A stretch of 50,941 nucleotides of DNA, filler included, from Jimgerdemannia flammicorona (GCA_003990765.1; 2 parts of 2 records of this genome joined end to end with filler, not necessarily neighbours in it); one strand, 5' to 3'; shown: positions 14,340-25,426, counted from the whole stretch's first letter. Program-made: numbers and translations. Notes: generated by a model not told the origin, from the sequence alone.

Positions 14340-17300
14340 GGTGATTTTGTGGAGGTGGGGTCCACTGAGGTGTCCATGAGAGGGCATCAGCATTGCATTG
14401 GTTCTTCTGGGGTGGTGAATGATTGTGGCATCATATGCTTGCAGCTTTATGATCCATCAGGCATAGATTCCTTTGGATTCACTGGTAGTGAGCAACTAGA
14501 TGAGTGCTGAGTGATCTGTCTGGATGGTGAAATGTCTGTCTGCCAGATAGTAGTGGAATTTCTCTACAGCCCAGATAACTATAAGGCATTCCAGCTTGTA
14601 TGATTTGTAGGACTGCTCAGCTTTATGGGTACCTCAGCTGAGATAGGCTACTACATATTCAGTACTATCCTTCTTTTAAGCAAGGACTGCTCTAAGTCCC
14701 AGAGTACTGGCATCTGTTTGCAAGATAAATTCTTGAGTTCAGTCTGGTCTTCTCAAGATTGGGGCCTGGGTCAATCTGGTCTTGAGCTCATCAAAGGCTA
14801 GTTGCTGCTGCTGTGTCCACTGAAACTTGACCTCTTTTCTGAATAGATCATAGATAGGGCTGGCAATGAGGGAGAATTTTTGAATAAATCTCCTATAATA
14901 GGATGCAAGCCTCATGAAGGCTCAGGCTTCTGTGATACTGGTGGATATGGGGTATGCTGCTACTGTCTTGATTTTCATGGTGTCTGTATATGTTTCTCTA
15001 CCATTGATGATGTGTCTCAGATATGTAATTTCTTCTTCTCCAAACATGCATTTCTTGGGCTTAATGTAGAGGCCATGTTTGTGAAGTCTTCTGAGGATTT
15101 CCTCAATGTGGTCCAAGTGCTCCTTGGCTGTCTGACTGAAGATGATCACATCATTTACATATACCATCATTCATTTTTCCATAACATCCCTGAAGATGCT
15201 ATTCATCATTTGCTGGAAACTTGCTGGTATATTGCACATTCTGAAGGGCATGTGGAGGTAGATATAGATTCCATCAGGAGTGATGAAGCTTGACTTTTTG
15301 CTGGCTTCCAATGTAAGGCTGATTTGGTAGAATCCAGAAAACAGATCTAGGGTGGTGTAGAATTGCACTTCATTTCCTAGTATAATAAGAATGTCACTGA
15401 TATTGGGCAATAGTTGTCTATCTTTCTCTGTGACCTCATTGAGCCTTCTATAGTCTGTACAGAGTCTAGGTGCAAATTCTCCAGATCGGCTCCCTTTCTT
15501 GGGTGTAAGGACAATGGGTGAGGACCAGGGGCTACTGGCTTCCTTGATGTTACCAGATTCCTCCATTTCCTTGATTTCAGTCTTGAGCCATTCCCTGTAT
15601 GCTGGCAGAATGGGGTGGGCTTTTTGGTAAATTGGCTTTGCTTCTCCAGTATTAATATTGTGATAGTATAGAGGCTTCTTGGTCTTGATGTCCTTGAAGT
15701 CAGTGGCCAGTACATCTTCAAATATATGTAGGAGATTCTATAGTTCTTTTCTGAGAGGAAAGTTCTTTCCAATTATATAAGTGTGCTTGTCCTGATTTTC
15801 CTCCTTCTTGTGTAATCTGGGTTACTGTAAGAACTCCTCTTCCTATTGAGCTGAACCTGTTTCTTCCTCACTCTGTTTGTCTGGCTTTTGTAACTTTCTT
15901 GATCCTTGGTTAAGGACAGGTAGGATGAGCATTTGTGCTAGCCAATCCTTCTTCCTTACTTTGAAAGGAATGGTTGGGTTGTGGTTTCTGGCAAGAAGGA
16001 GGATTTCTCTAGTGTAATCTAAATTGATACCTCCTCCTTCTTTAGATATTTCACTTTTGACCAAGCTACTTCTTGTCTTGAGGATTTCAATGTAGTTTGG
16101 CAGGATGGTTACTTTAATTCCTGTTCCCAGTATAGTAGTGGTTTGCAGTTCGAGGATTGTGTATGTTGTAGTGGACAGGTTCATTCCTGCTACATTTTCC
16201 AATTTGTACTGTAGCATGACTGTATCAGGGTGGATTCTTTGTATCTTGACTGTAATGTCTTCTTTATCATCACTGTCATCCAGTAGCTCTGGTGGTCCAT
16301 CTTCTGGTTCCTCCTGGTTCTTCTTTGGCTTGTTGGTGATCTTCTTCACCTTGATGATACAGGAATAGCAGCAATCCAAGTGCTGGGTACAGTACATTCT
16401 TTCACCTTGGGGGCACCTTCCTAATGGGGTGTATCCATCTGCAATTCTTCTATACTATTCCTCCTCTGTCAACTGCTTACCTTTTCCCTTCTTTGTGGTA
16501 ACCATATAGGCTTCTTCTTCTTGCTCTTCCTCTATCTCAGAGCAAACTCCTTTGTGGACATTGATAGGAATTCTGATTTTCTTTCCCCAGTAGATGATTT
16601 GCATCTTCTGTATACTGAGGTCAATCATTGCCTTGGCTTTGTGAAGCCATTGATTGCTGATGAGGATATCATAGTTGGTTGCATTGATAACAATGACATC
16701 TACCAGGATAGTAGCTTCACCAAACTTGATTGGAACATCCTGGATCTTTTCCAAGGGTGTTGCTTATATTCCATTGGCTGTAACAAATTCCAGTTTGGTG
16801 GCTTCTTCTATTTCCCAGCCTAGGTGGTCTACTGCTTTCTTGGTGATGAGACATCCTCCTGCTTCTGTATCAATGATAGCTTCAAAGACTCAGTCCTCAA
16901 TCTGGCAGGTAGTATAGGCTGATGTCTTCTGATTATCTTTGCTTTCTTCATCTGAATCTTCTTGTGCATTATTGGCCTCAATGATTCTGTATCCTTGATC
17001 TTTTCTGATATCAGATATCCCCATTCTCACTTGCTGTCTGAATGTTGGGATTTTAGCCAACTGGCCAAAGGTTGCATTCACCTTCTGGTCTTTGAGGTCC
17101 TTAAAGATATCATATTTGAAGGTCTTGTTCTTGCATAATTTCTATTCCTTCTTTCCTTCACTTGATGGGATGGTATTTCAAATAATATCTTCTACTGCTC
17201 ACTCCAGTTCAATATCTTGTTCTAGCTCCATATCTTGATCAGCTTCAGTCTGCTGGATTTCCTTTTCGATGACTGTTTCTGGTTGTTTCATCTGTGTCTG

Positions 17301-18304
17301 GGCCTTCTTAGAAGGTCTGCCTGGAGGTCTTTTGTAGGGACCAGTTTGGACATCCTTCTTGCTTGTAGTAGTAGGATAAGCTTCCCATTCTTCCCTTTCC
17401 TTGTTAGATTCTCCAATCTCTTCAAAGGTGATGGTGTTCACCTGTTCACAGTTCCTGGTTGCATTACTTGGATTGGTCTTATACTTGGTTTCTATCATAC
17501 AATCAGAGGCATAATGGCCTTCTTCTCCACACCTGTAGCAGGTTACTGATTGCCTGTCATATGTGGCTGTGAATTTCTGTACTGGCTTCTTCTTGAACTC
17601 CTTGACCACATCACTGAGGTGTGCAGTCATTTCTGTAAACTGCTTGGCCAGTTCCTCCATTGGGTCAGCTCTTCTCTGCTCTTGTAGTTGGGGTTGTTGT
17701 TGTGTATTCCTGTTGACTATAGTAGTTGAGGCTGCATTGGTGATCCTCAGTACTTGTTCGATTTTTACTCCTGTTATTCTTTCTATTGTATGGCCTTGAG
17801 GGTGTCTAGCAGTCCAGTATCTTTAGGCATAAGTAATTTTTTGTCCCAGGTCCAGTGCTATTGGGGTAGAGAAGATGGCTAAGGCAATTTCTTGATGAAT
17901 GCCCTTCATGAAGGTATTCTCAGCCACTTGGTCTTGAACTGCATCTGGGTAGTCAGCAAGGACTATTTGGTGTCGGATCTTTGTGTAGAATATGTTTGAG
18001 TCTTCGAACATTCCTTAGCAAATAGTATTCAATTGATCCTTGAGTACTTGTTTGATTTCATCTGTATAGTAGGTTGCTCAGAGCCAGGTCTTGAAAGCCA
18101 GGATTCTTGCTGGATCATCAGCTCCTTGTACATTAGCTGCAGTGAATACAGTTCTTGCTAGGCCTCTGAGGCTATAGGGAGTAAGGCTACTTGTTGCACT
18201 GCACTTAAGATCCTTACAGTAGCATACTGCTCGAAGTCATCAATGAAGGTGATGATTGATTCATCAGAGGTATATCTATGGAATATAGGTGGTCCCATAT
18301 CTAT
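14332..18304 (-). pseudogene. gag-PR-dUTPase-RT-RNase H polyprotein of gypsy copy 1
   Basis: ORF fragments from 17823-18011 through 14922-15170 occur in this domain order. Ends NADALS...HHE*. Confidence 0.9.
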
Positions 18305-18403
18305 TTTTTCTGATTATATTGTGTGGGTTCTTGTTGCAGTTGTTTATTGTTCAGCTTGAAAGTGAGGGATTCATCTTCAATCACCAGCCAATGGGCACTA
18401 AGT

Positions 18404-18861
18404 TGTAATATAGCAGATGTGGAGATGGGCAAGTATGTTGGATTTCTTTATCTTGAATTCTTCTCTCCTTGACTCCTAGAGTTGGTAGTTCCTTGAGGCC
18501 AAATGTATTTCAAAGAGGTAATCCCGAAAGTTCCTTTATCAGTATACTTGTTCTTTTTCTAACACTTTCGATCTGAGGTTTATTCACTCAAAGATACTGG
18601 GGTATTTATACAAGTTTGCTAGCTATGAGATGGCTTACTGAGTTATGTAGCTAAGTTATAAGTCATTTAGCACTTTGTAAAATATTTTGCCAGTTGCAAA
18701 ATGCTATACTATATCAAGAAGCTCAATCTTGCACTTTGCGAAATATTTAGCAAATAGTGAAATCAGGGACTGCTGACTATGTAGCTATACTACTTTGGGA
18801 CTGGTTACAATTAAGTGTCTATTCCCTATTTCCTTCTTCCAAATTTGGTTATACTATTACA
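18404..18861 (-). repeat. 5' LTR of gypsy copy 1
   Basis: Adjacent to the PBS. Direct repeat of 12196-12653. Confidence 0.95.
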
Positions 18862-18903
18862 ATATATACTTTAAGAGAGTAATGATATATATATAGTTTG
18901 AAG

Positions 18904-19192
18904 TAGTACTCCCAATGAATTAAATCAAATATCTAACTTGATTTGAGATTTAATTTAAACTCTATTTTTGAAATATAATAGCTTAACAAAAATATATCTA
19001 ATATAAAAGAAATCTAATAAGCTAAAGATCATTAAATTCAGATATGTTTTTATTGAGTTATTATATTTCTCAAAATAGAATTTGAATTAGACCCTCAATT
19101 GGATTTGAATTGAAATATCCCCAATTCAATTTGATTTAAATGACTCTTAATTCAATTTAATTCAAATTGATTTAATTTATTTGAAAGTGCTA
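18904..19192. mobile_element. hAT-type MITE (289 bp)
   Basis: Perfect 8-bp TSD GTTTGAAG (18896-18903 and 19193-19200). Imperfect TIRs beginning TAG(T/C)ACT. Internal inverted repeats and AATTC/AATTG subterminal repeats. No ORF. Confidence 0.85.
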
Positions 19193-19547
19193 GTTTGAAG
19201 AATAATAAGGAGATTATAATAGTATCAAAATGAGATAATCTTTATTCTATATATATAACTATACTTGATACATCCAATATATAGTATTAATTCTTCAGAT
19301 ATATAGACAAATTAAGTCTAAAAAGAATAATTAGAAAAAGTTCAGTGAGGAGATTGCTAGTATATATAACCTAATGACAACTTTTATAATTATATAGCAA
19401 AAAAAGCATATTAACATCTATTCAATAAACATATAAAATACATATCTAGTATACTCAATTTAATCTATATAGATATATATGGTCTAATATATATTACTTC
19501 TTATAATAGAAAATGATATTTTATTATATTTATTAATAATTATATAT

Positions 19548-20023
19548 TGTAACGTAGCAGACACTTACTCTTGGAAGTACATCGGATTTCTGTATCTTGA
19601 AAACTTGACTGTTCTGACTCTCGCAGAGTCTCTTGAAATTGCAGGGGAGGGTAGGTGAGTTCGAAGTGTATCTGCCCGCAGGCTTACTAGTTCCTTTGCT
19701 ATCTCTTTGCTTTGAACTATTTCGATCTGAGGTTTATTCACTCAAAGATACTGGGTTATTTATACAAGTTTGCTAGCTATGAGAGAGTGGCTAAGTAATA
19801 AATGAGTCATTTGGACTTTGTCGAAACATTTGGACAATGTCTAAATGCTATACTAAATCGGGGTATTCGATTTGGATAATGTCTAAAATTTAGATAATGT
19901 CTAAGGATTTAGACAATGTCAAAATCGAGGACTGCTAACTATAAGGCTATACTACTTTGGGAATGGGTGTGATCAAGTGTCTATTCCCTATTTCCTTCTT
20001 CCTAATTCGGCTATACTGTCACA
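19548..20023 (-). repeat. 3' LTR of gypsy copy 2
   Basis: 476-bp direct repeat of 24832-25307. Confidence 0.96.
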
Positions 20024-20060
20024 ACTTCCTTCTGAATGGATGGTCTCGTCCCTGAGGCAT

Positions 20061-20522
20061 CTATTCAAACTCCCAGACTTCAACAGTCTGTATGGTCTTG
20101 TAGTGTGCAATTTGCTTCATGACTGTCTCCCAATGATGTCTTCTCACTTTCTCGAAGTCAGTAGGGGTTACTTCTCTCAGGTGGTCTATTGCTGCTTCAT
20201 CTTCTTGGAATAACTTGTGGATCCTTTTGGCAATAGTGATCTGTGAGTGGGAGAGTTGACACTCGGCAATCCAGTTCTCCTTGGTCTTTGCTGGATCCTG
20301 ATTGAGCACCTGTCCAAGCTTAAAGTACTCTTGGAATTCTGCCTGATATTGATAGGCTCTAAAGTGCGAGATCCGAGAGAGATGAGTCTGCACAATACTC
20401 TGAATATCCTCACAGAATGGCTCTATGGTCAGAGGCTTGGTGGTGTGCCATTGTCTTTCGATGGCTCTTTGGGCAGCACTAGTGATCTTGAGTGCCATCG
20501 CAGTACTTTTGTTACTGGCCAT
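20061..20522 (-). CDS. Accessory ORF3 (153 aa, unknown function) between integrase and the 3' LTR
   Basis: Open frame conserved in position and length in copy 1. Homologous to the LTR-borne ORF at 26521-27510. Confidence 0.8.
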   Translation of the reverse strand: MASNKSTAMALKITSAAQRAIERQWHTTKPLTIEPFCEDIQSIVQTHLSRISHFRAYQYQAEFQEYFKLGQVLNQDPAKTKENWIAECQLSHSQITIAKRIHKLFQEDEAAIDHLREVTPTDFEKVRRHHWETVMKQIAHYKTIQTVEVWEFE

Positions 20523-21705
20523 GATATTTCTTAAGTTGGTTTTGGGAAATGGTGGTGGGGATTATTGTGCCTGAGGATTTTCGTAGCCAAAAGGTAGTTC
20601 CTTTTATATCTTGCACAAGGTAAGGTTCTTCCCACTTGGGCTCCAGTTTTCGTGACCATGAAGCTTCTACCATATTCCAATACACTAGGACTTTGTCTCC
20701 TATCTTGATAATCTCCAGGGGTTTGTGGGTCTTTTCCGCATTCCTCCATTGCAGTGTCTGCACCTTGGTTATGTAATCCTCAGCCTTCTTCCTGATTTGG
20801 TGTAGTCTCCGTATTTCCACATCCACATGTTTCCATACAGCATCTCTATTGGGTGATAGGGTTTCTTGAGAACATTCTTCTCCGAATAGCATTTCTTGAG
20901 GGGTAAAGTGGGTACTTTGTGATCAGATATCCCGGAGAGCAGATAATGCTATTGACAGATAGTGATCCCAGTTCTTATAGTTATCACAGATCTTAGCGAT
21001 AACATTCTTGAGGGTTTTGTTGGTCCTTTCTACTTGTCCATTTCCTTGAGGGTAATATGCTGTGGTCTGAATATGCTGAATCTTGTACTTCTTGTAGAGA
21101 ACTTCGAAGAACTGGTTCACGAATTCAGTTCCTCTATCTGTAGTTACTTGTGTTGGGGTCTTGAACTGGCAGATGATTTCCTTATAGAAGAAATCGGCGA
21201 TTGACTGTGCATTGGCTTCCATAAGGGGTCCCGCTTCTATCCACTTTGTAAAAAGGTCTATAATGATGATGATATATCAGTTGCCAGTCAAAGTCAAGGG
21301 TAGAGGGCCGATTACATCCATTGCAATATGGGTGAATGGTACTGGTTCTATGTGTGCTGATCCTGGGGCTTGATTCCATTGGTCTTGTTTCTGTTTCTGG
21401 CATTTGTCGCATGTTTTGACGAATTGTCTGATATCTTCCTCCATCCCTGGCCACCATATTGTTCTTCTTGCCTTGTCGTATGTATTCGTTCCTCCTAGAT
21501 GGCCAAGTTCATGTACTGATTTTATCACTTGCTCCTTCTTGTGTTTGGGTATAACCAGTAGTTTTCCTTTCTTCAGTGTTTCTCCGTTGGTTTCGAATTG
21601 TTTCCATGTCCTGTTGATAATCATTTGTGTCCATTCTTCCAGATGTTGGGGCATCTTTCGCTGTCTCAGGTATGTGATAATTCCATAGTAGAGCTCCTTA
21701 TTCAT
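20512..21705 (-). pseudogene. Integrase as a separate ORF (398 codons, few in-frame stops)
   Basis: HELGHLG...CDKC zinc finger, D-D-E core (IAMDVIGP, TTDRGTEF, QVERTNK) and a GPY/F-like KWEEPY, all in one frame. No chromodomain seen. Confidence 0.9.
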
Positions 21706-24700
21706 GATTGCTTTGTTGGTTAGAGGTAGTTTGAGGTGTCCATGAGAGAGCATCTGCATTGGAATTTGTTCTTCCAGGGTGGTGTACGATGGTTACATCA
21801 TAGGCTTGTAACTTCATTATCCATCTGGCATAGATTCCTTTGGGTTGTCTGGTTATCAGTAGCCAGGTGAGAGCTGAGTGGTCCGTCTGGATGGTGAAGT
21901 GTCTTCCAGCCAGATAGTAGTGGAACTTTTCCACAGCCCAGATGACTGCAAGGCATTCCAGCTTATAGGACTTGTATTCTTTTTCAGCTCCTCAGGTTCC
22001 ATGGCTAAGATATGCAATGACATACTCCTTTTTGTCTTCTTTTTGAGCTAGGACTGCTCCTAGTCCTTATGCACTTGCATCCGTCTGAAGGATAAATTCC
22101 TGGATCCAATTGGGTCGTCTGAGGATAGGTGCCTGGTCAGTCTGACCTTGAGTTCATCAAATGCTTTCTGTTGTCTGCCAGTCCACTGGAACTTGGTATT
22201 CTTCTTGTTGAGTTTGTAGATCTTGGTGCTGGTGAATACTCCTCTTCCTGTGGATCCGAATCCTTTCTTTCCTCTTTTCGTTTCCTCCAGATTCTTGACT
22301 TCTATGATCCTTGGCTGTATGATTGAGAAGATCAACATCTGTGCCAATCGGTCCTTCTTCTTGACTGGGAATGGAATTGTAGGATTGTGGTTCCTAGCAA
22401 TGAGTAGAATTTCTCCAGTATAGTCTGAATCAATGACTCCTCCTTCAATTGTGATTTCGCTTCTAGCCAGGCTGCTTCTTGTCTTGAGAATCCTAACATG
22501 ATCCTTTGGGATGGTCATCTCCAGTCCAGTTGGGAGTAGGGTGGTTGTCTGGGGTTCCAGTACAGTCTCTTCCACTGTAGCGATGTTCATTCCAGCTGCA
22601 TTTTCTGACTTGTATTCTGGCAGGACTGCATCAGGGTGGATCTTTCGAATTTTGACCTTGATTTCTTCTTCATCATCACTGTCCTCCAGGAGGGCTGGTG
22701 GTTCATCATCTTCCTCCTTCTCTTCTTCCCTGATCTGTTTTTCGAGAGCTTTCTGCCTTCTTTCCTCATAGATCTTCTTGGTTCTGATGGTGCACTGGTA
22801 GCAATCATTGACATGCTCTGTACAGTACATCTTGATCCCATGAGGACAGACTCCTTGTGGGGCATAGCCTTCTGCGATCTTCTTGCACCATTCTTCTTCA
22901 CTCATCTATCCGACCTTCTTCTTTTTTGGAGTAGTCACCATATAAGCTTCCTCTTGCTCACTCTCTTCTTTCTCCATATCGGGCAGGACTCCTTTGTTGA
23001 CGTTGATGGGAATTCATATCTTCTGTCCCCGGTAGGTGATCTGCATCTTCTGAGCATTGAGATCGATTACTGCCTTGGCTTTGTGAAGCCATTGATTGCT
23101 GATGAGGATGTCATAGTTGGTGGCATTGGTTACGATTACATCTACTGGGATTATTGCTCCTCCGATCTTGATGGGAACATCTCAGATCTTTCCCAGAGGT
23201 GTGGCTCTTGTGCCATCGGCTGTGACAAATACTAGCTTAGTTGCTTCTTCCACATCCCAACCTAGGCAGTCTGCTGCCTTCTTACTGAGGAGACATCCTT
23301 CTGCTCCTGTGTCAATGATGGCTTCAAAGACTCGATCCTCAATTTGGCATGTTGCATAAGCAGAGGTTTTGTGATTGTCCTCACTTTTTTCTCCTGAATC
23401 CTCTTGAACATTATTGGACTCAGTTATCTTCCATCCTTGTTCCTTAGTTGTTTCGGCAAGTCCAAACCTCATTTGCTGTCTGAATGTTGGGATTTCTGCA
23501 AGCTGACCAAAGGTTGCATTGACCTTTTGTTGACTGAGATCCTTGAAGATATCATACTTGAAGGTCTTGGTCTTGCGAAGCTTCTTTTCTTTTTCTCCTT
23601 CGCTGGCTGGAGTGGTCCCTCGGATGATATCTTGAACTACTTGCTCCAGCTCGATATCTTGGTCCATCTCTTCGGCTTCACTTTCTGTGGCAGTTTCCAT
23701 CTGCTTTTCCACTGGGTTCTTCTTGGGTCTTCCTGTTGGTCTCTTGTAGGGTTCTTTGCGAACACCCTTCTTGGTGGTCTGAGCAGGGTAGGCCTCCCAT
23801 TCCTCTTCATTGGATTCTCCGATTTCTTCAAAGATGATTGTATTGGCCTGCTCCTTGTTTCGTGTAGCATTGCTTGGTTGAGCCTTGTGTTTGGTTTCAC
23901 TCATACATTTGTAGGAGTAGTGGCCTTCTTCTCCGCAGCTGTAGCAGGTACCTTTCTTCTTGTCTGAGGTGGCGGCAAACTTCTGAACAAGGTGGCGATC
24001 TCTTCCTCAGATTTCCTTTACCACATCTCCCAGGTGGGCAGTCATTTCAGCAAACCTTTTGGTGAGTTCCTCCATAGGGTCACTGTTCTTTTGCTGCTCA
24101 GTAGCTTTTGGCTGAGGTGTGTTTCGATTGATCATTGTGGTGGGGATCATACTGGTTGCCTTGGGTGCCTCGATTCTGACTCCTGTAACTCTTTCCATTG
24201 TATGGTCTTGTGGGTGTCTGGCTATCCAGTATCGCTGAGCATAGGTGACCTTCTGTGGCAGATCCAGAATCACTGGTGATGAGCGGATGGCCATGGCTAT
24301 TTCCGGATGGACTCCTTTCATGAAGGTTGCTTCAACTACTTGATCTCGGATAGCAGTAGTATAATCTGCAAGGATTATCTGATATCGAATTCTGGTATAG
24401 AATGTGTTTGGATCCTCACTCATTCCTTAGCATGTTGTGTTGAGCTAATCCTTCAGGGCTTGCTTGATCTCATCTGTGTAATATGTATTTCGGAGCCAGG
24501 TCTTCTGTGCTGTCAGTATAGCATCCGCATCATTTCCTGCATGGGTTGCGGCTGTGAATGCTGCTCTGGCAGGACCTCGTAGGCTGAAGGGCATGAGGGC
24601 TACTTGATGTACTGCTGTCAGGGTCCTTACAGCAGCATACTGCTCAAAATCATCAATGAAGGTGATGATTGATTCATCTGAGGTATATCCATGGAATACT

Positions 24701-24717
24701 GGTGGTCTCATATCCAT
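21698..24717 (-). pseudogene. gag-PR-dUTPase-(RT deleted)-RNase H polyprotein of copy 2
   Basis: ORFs 24445-24963, 24007-24423, 23182-23904 and 22060-22905 share one frame. RH (TDHSALTWL...NADALS) ends at TAA 21698. Confidence 0.9.
22246..22662 (-). other. dUTPase domain within pol (homolog at ~15840-16257)
   Basis: Five trimeric-dUTPase motifs: AAGMNI, KTRSSLA, GGVIDSDYTGEI, DRLAQM, RGKKGFGSTG. Confidence 0.95.
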
Positions 24718-24810
24718 CTTGTCTGGGTATTGGGGCTCGGTTTGTATGGTTGTTTGGGTGGTGGTGGTTGTTCGTTGTTCAGCTTGAAAGTGAGGGATTC
24801 GTCTTGAATC

Positions 24811-24828
24811 ACCAGCCAATGGGCACCA
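24811..24828 (-). other. PBS TGGTGCCCATTGGCTGGT of gypsy copy 2
   Basis: TGG begins after a 3-nt spacer following the 5' LTR. Conserved in copy 1. Primer tRNA not identified. Confidence 0.75.
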
Positions 24829-24831
24829 AGT

Positions 24832-25307
24832 TGTAACATAGCAGATGCTTACTCTTGAAAGTACGTCGGATTTCTGTATCTTGAAAACTTGACTGTTCTG
24901 ACTCTTGTAGAGTCTCTTGAAATTGCAGGGGAGGGTGGGTGAGTTCAAAGTATATCTGCCCACAGGCTTACTAGTTCCTTTGCTATCTCTTTGCTTTGAA
25001 CTATTTCGATCTGAGGTTTATTCGCTCGAAGATACTGGGTTATTTATACAAGTTTGCTAGCTATGAGAGGGTGGCTAAGTAATAAATGAGTCATTTGGAC
25101 TTTGTCAAAACATTTGGACAATGTCTAAATGCTATACTAAATCGGGGTATTTGATTTGAATAATGTCTAAAATTTAGACAATGTCTAAGGATTTAGACAA
25201 TATCGAAATTGAGGACTACTAACTATAAGACTATACTACTTTGGGAATGGGTGCGATCAAGTGTCTATTCCCTATTTCCTTCTTCCTAATTCAGCTATAC
25301 TGTCACA
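24832..25307 (-). repeat. 5' LTR of gypsy copy 2
   Basis: Direct repeat of 19548-20023. TATAAA on the minus strand at ~25044-25049. Confidence 0.96.
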
Positions 25308-25426
25308 ATATATAAAGTATATATATACTTATTATTAGTAGAGAACAAAGTTCTGAATAAATTTAAAGAATTTAAAGTAATTATAGAGAATGAAATAAGA
25401 TATAGAATATATACTATATGCTTAGA

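Larger units (their letters stand above)
12196..18861 (-). mobile_element. Ty3/gypsy LTR retrotransposon with dUTPase, copy 1 (complete, mutated)
   Basis: Two 458-bp LTRs, ATAT on both flanks, PBS at 18383-18400, purine tract next to 12653. Domains: gag CCHC (CYRCGEEGHYASDC), protease, dUTPase, RT (WSSPIVL, DYRRLN, LDLFSGFYQI, YVND), RH, IN, ORF3. Confidence 0.96.
19548..25307 (-). mobile_element. Ty3/gypsy LTR retrotransposon with dUTPase, copy 2 (RT deleted)
   Basis: Two 476-bp LTRs with TG...CA termini, ATAT TSD, PBS at 24811-24828. Has gag, protease (IIDTGA), dUTPase, RH, IN and ORF3, but no RT core motifs. Confidence 0.96.
11880..25426 (+). mobile_element. Second, extremely decayed copia (protease-integrase part), split into 11880-12195, 18862-18903, 19193-19547 and 25308-25426
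   Basis: 11930-12195 mirrors the copia protease at 10090-10370 (PIKL..NNIIY.QE...NILYV..IDKNLFSI). 19400-19547 and 25308-25426 continue into the integrase core (NLIY.DI.G..., VYIYLL...KVLNKFKEFK). Confidence 0.75.

Noticed and set aside
19810..19924. CRISPR-like palindromic repeats
   Set aside because: Eukaryotic LTR context, no unique spacers, no cas genes.
20061..20522. ORF3 as an env gene or chromodomain
   Set aside because: No signal peptide, TM helix or chromodomain aromatic motif.
24718..24963. Gag ORF apparently starting inside the 5' LTR (MGRYTLN...)
   Set aside because: It runs through U5 and the PBS and is not conserved in the diverged U5 of copy 1. The likely start is ATG 24717.
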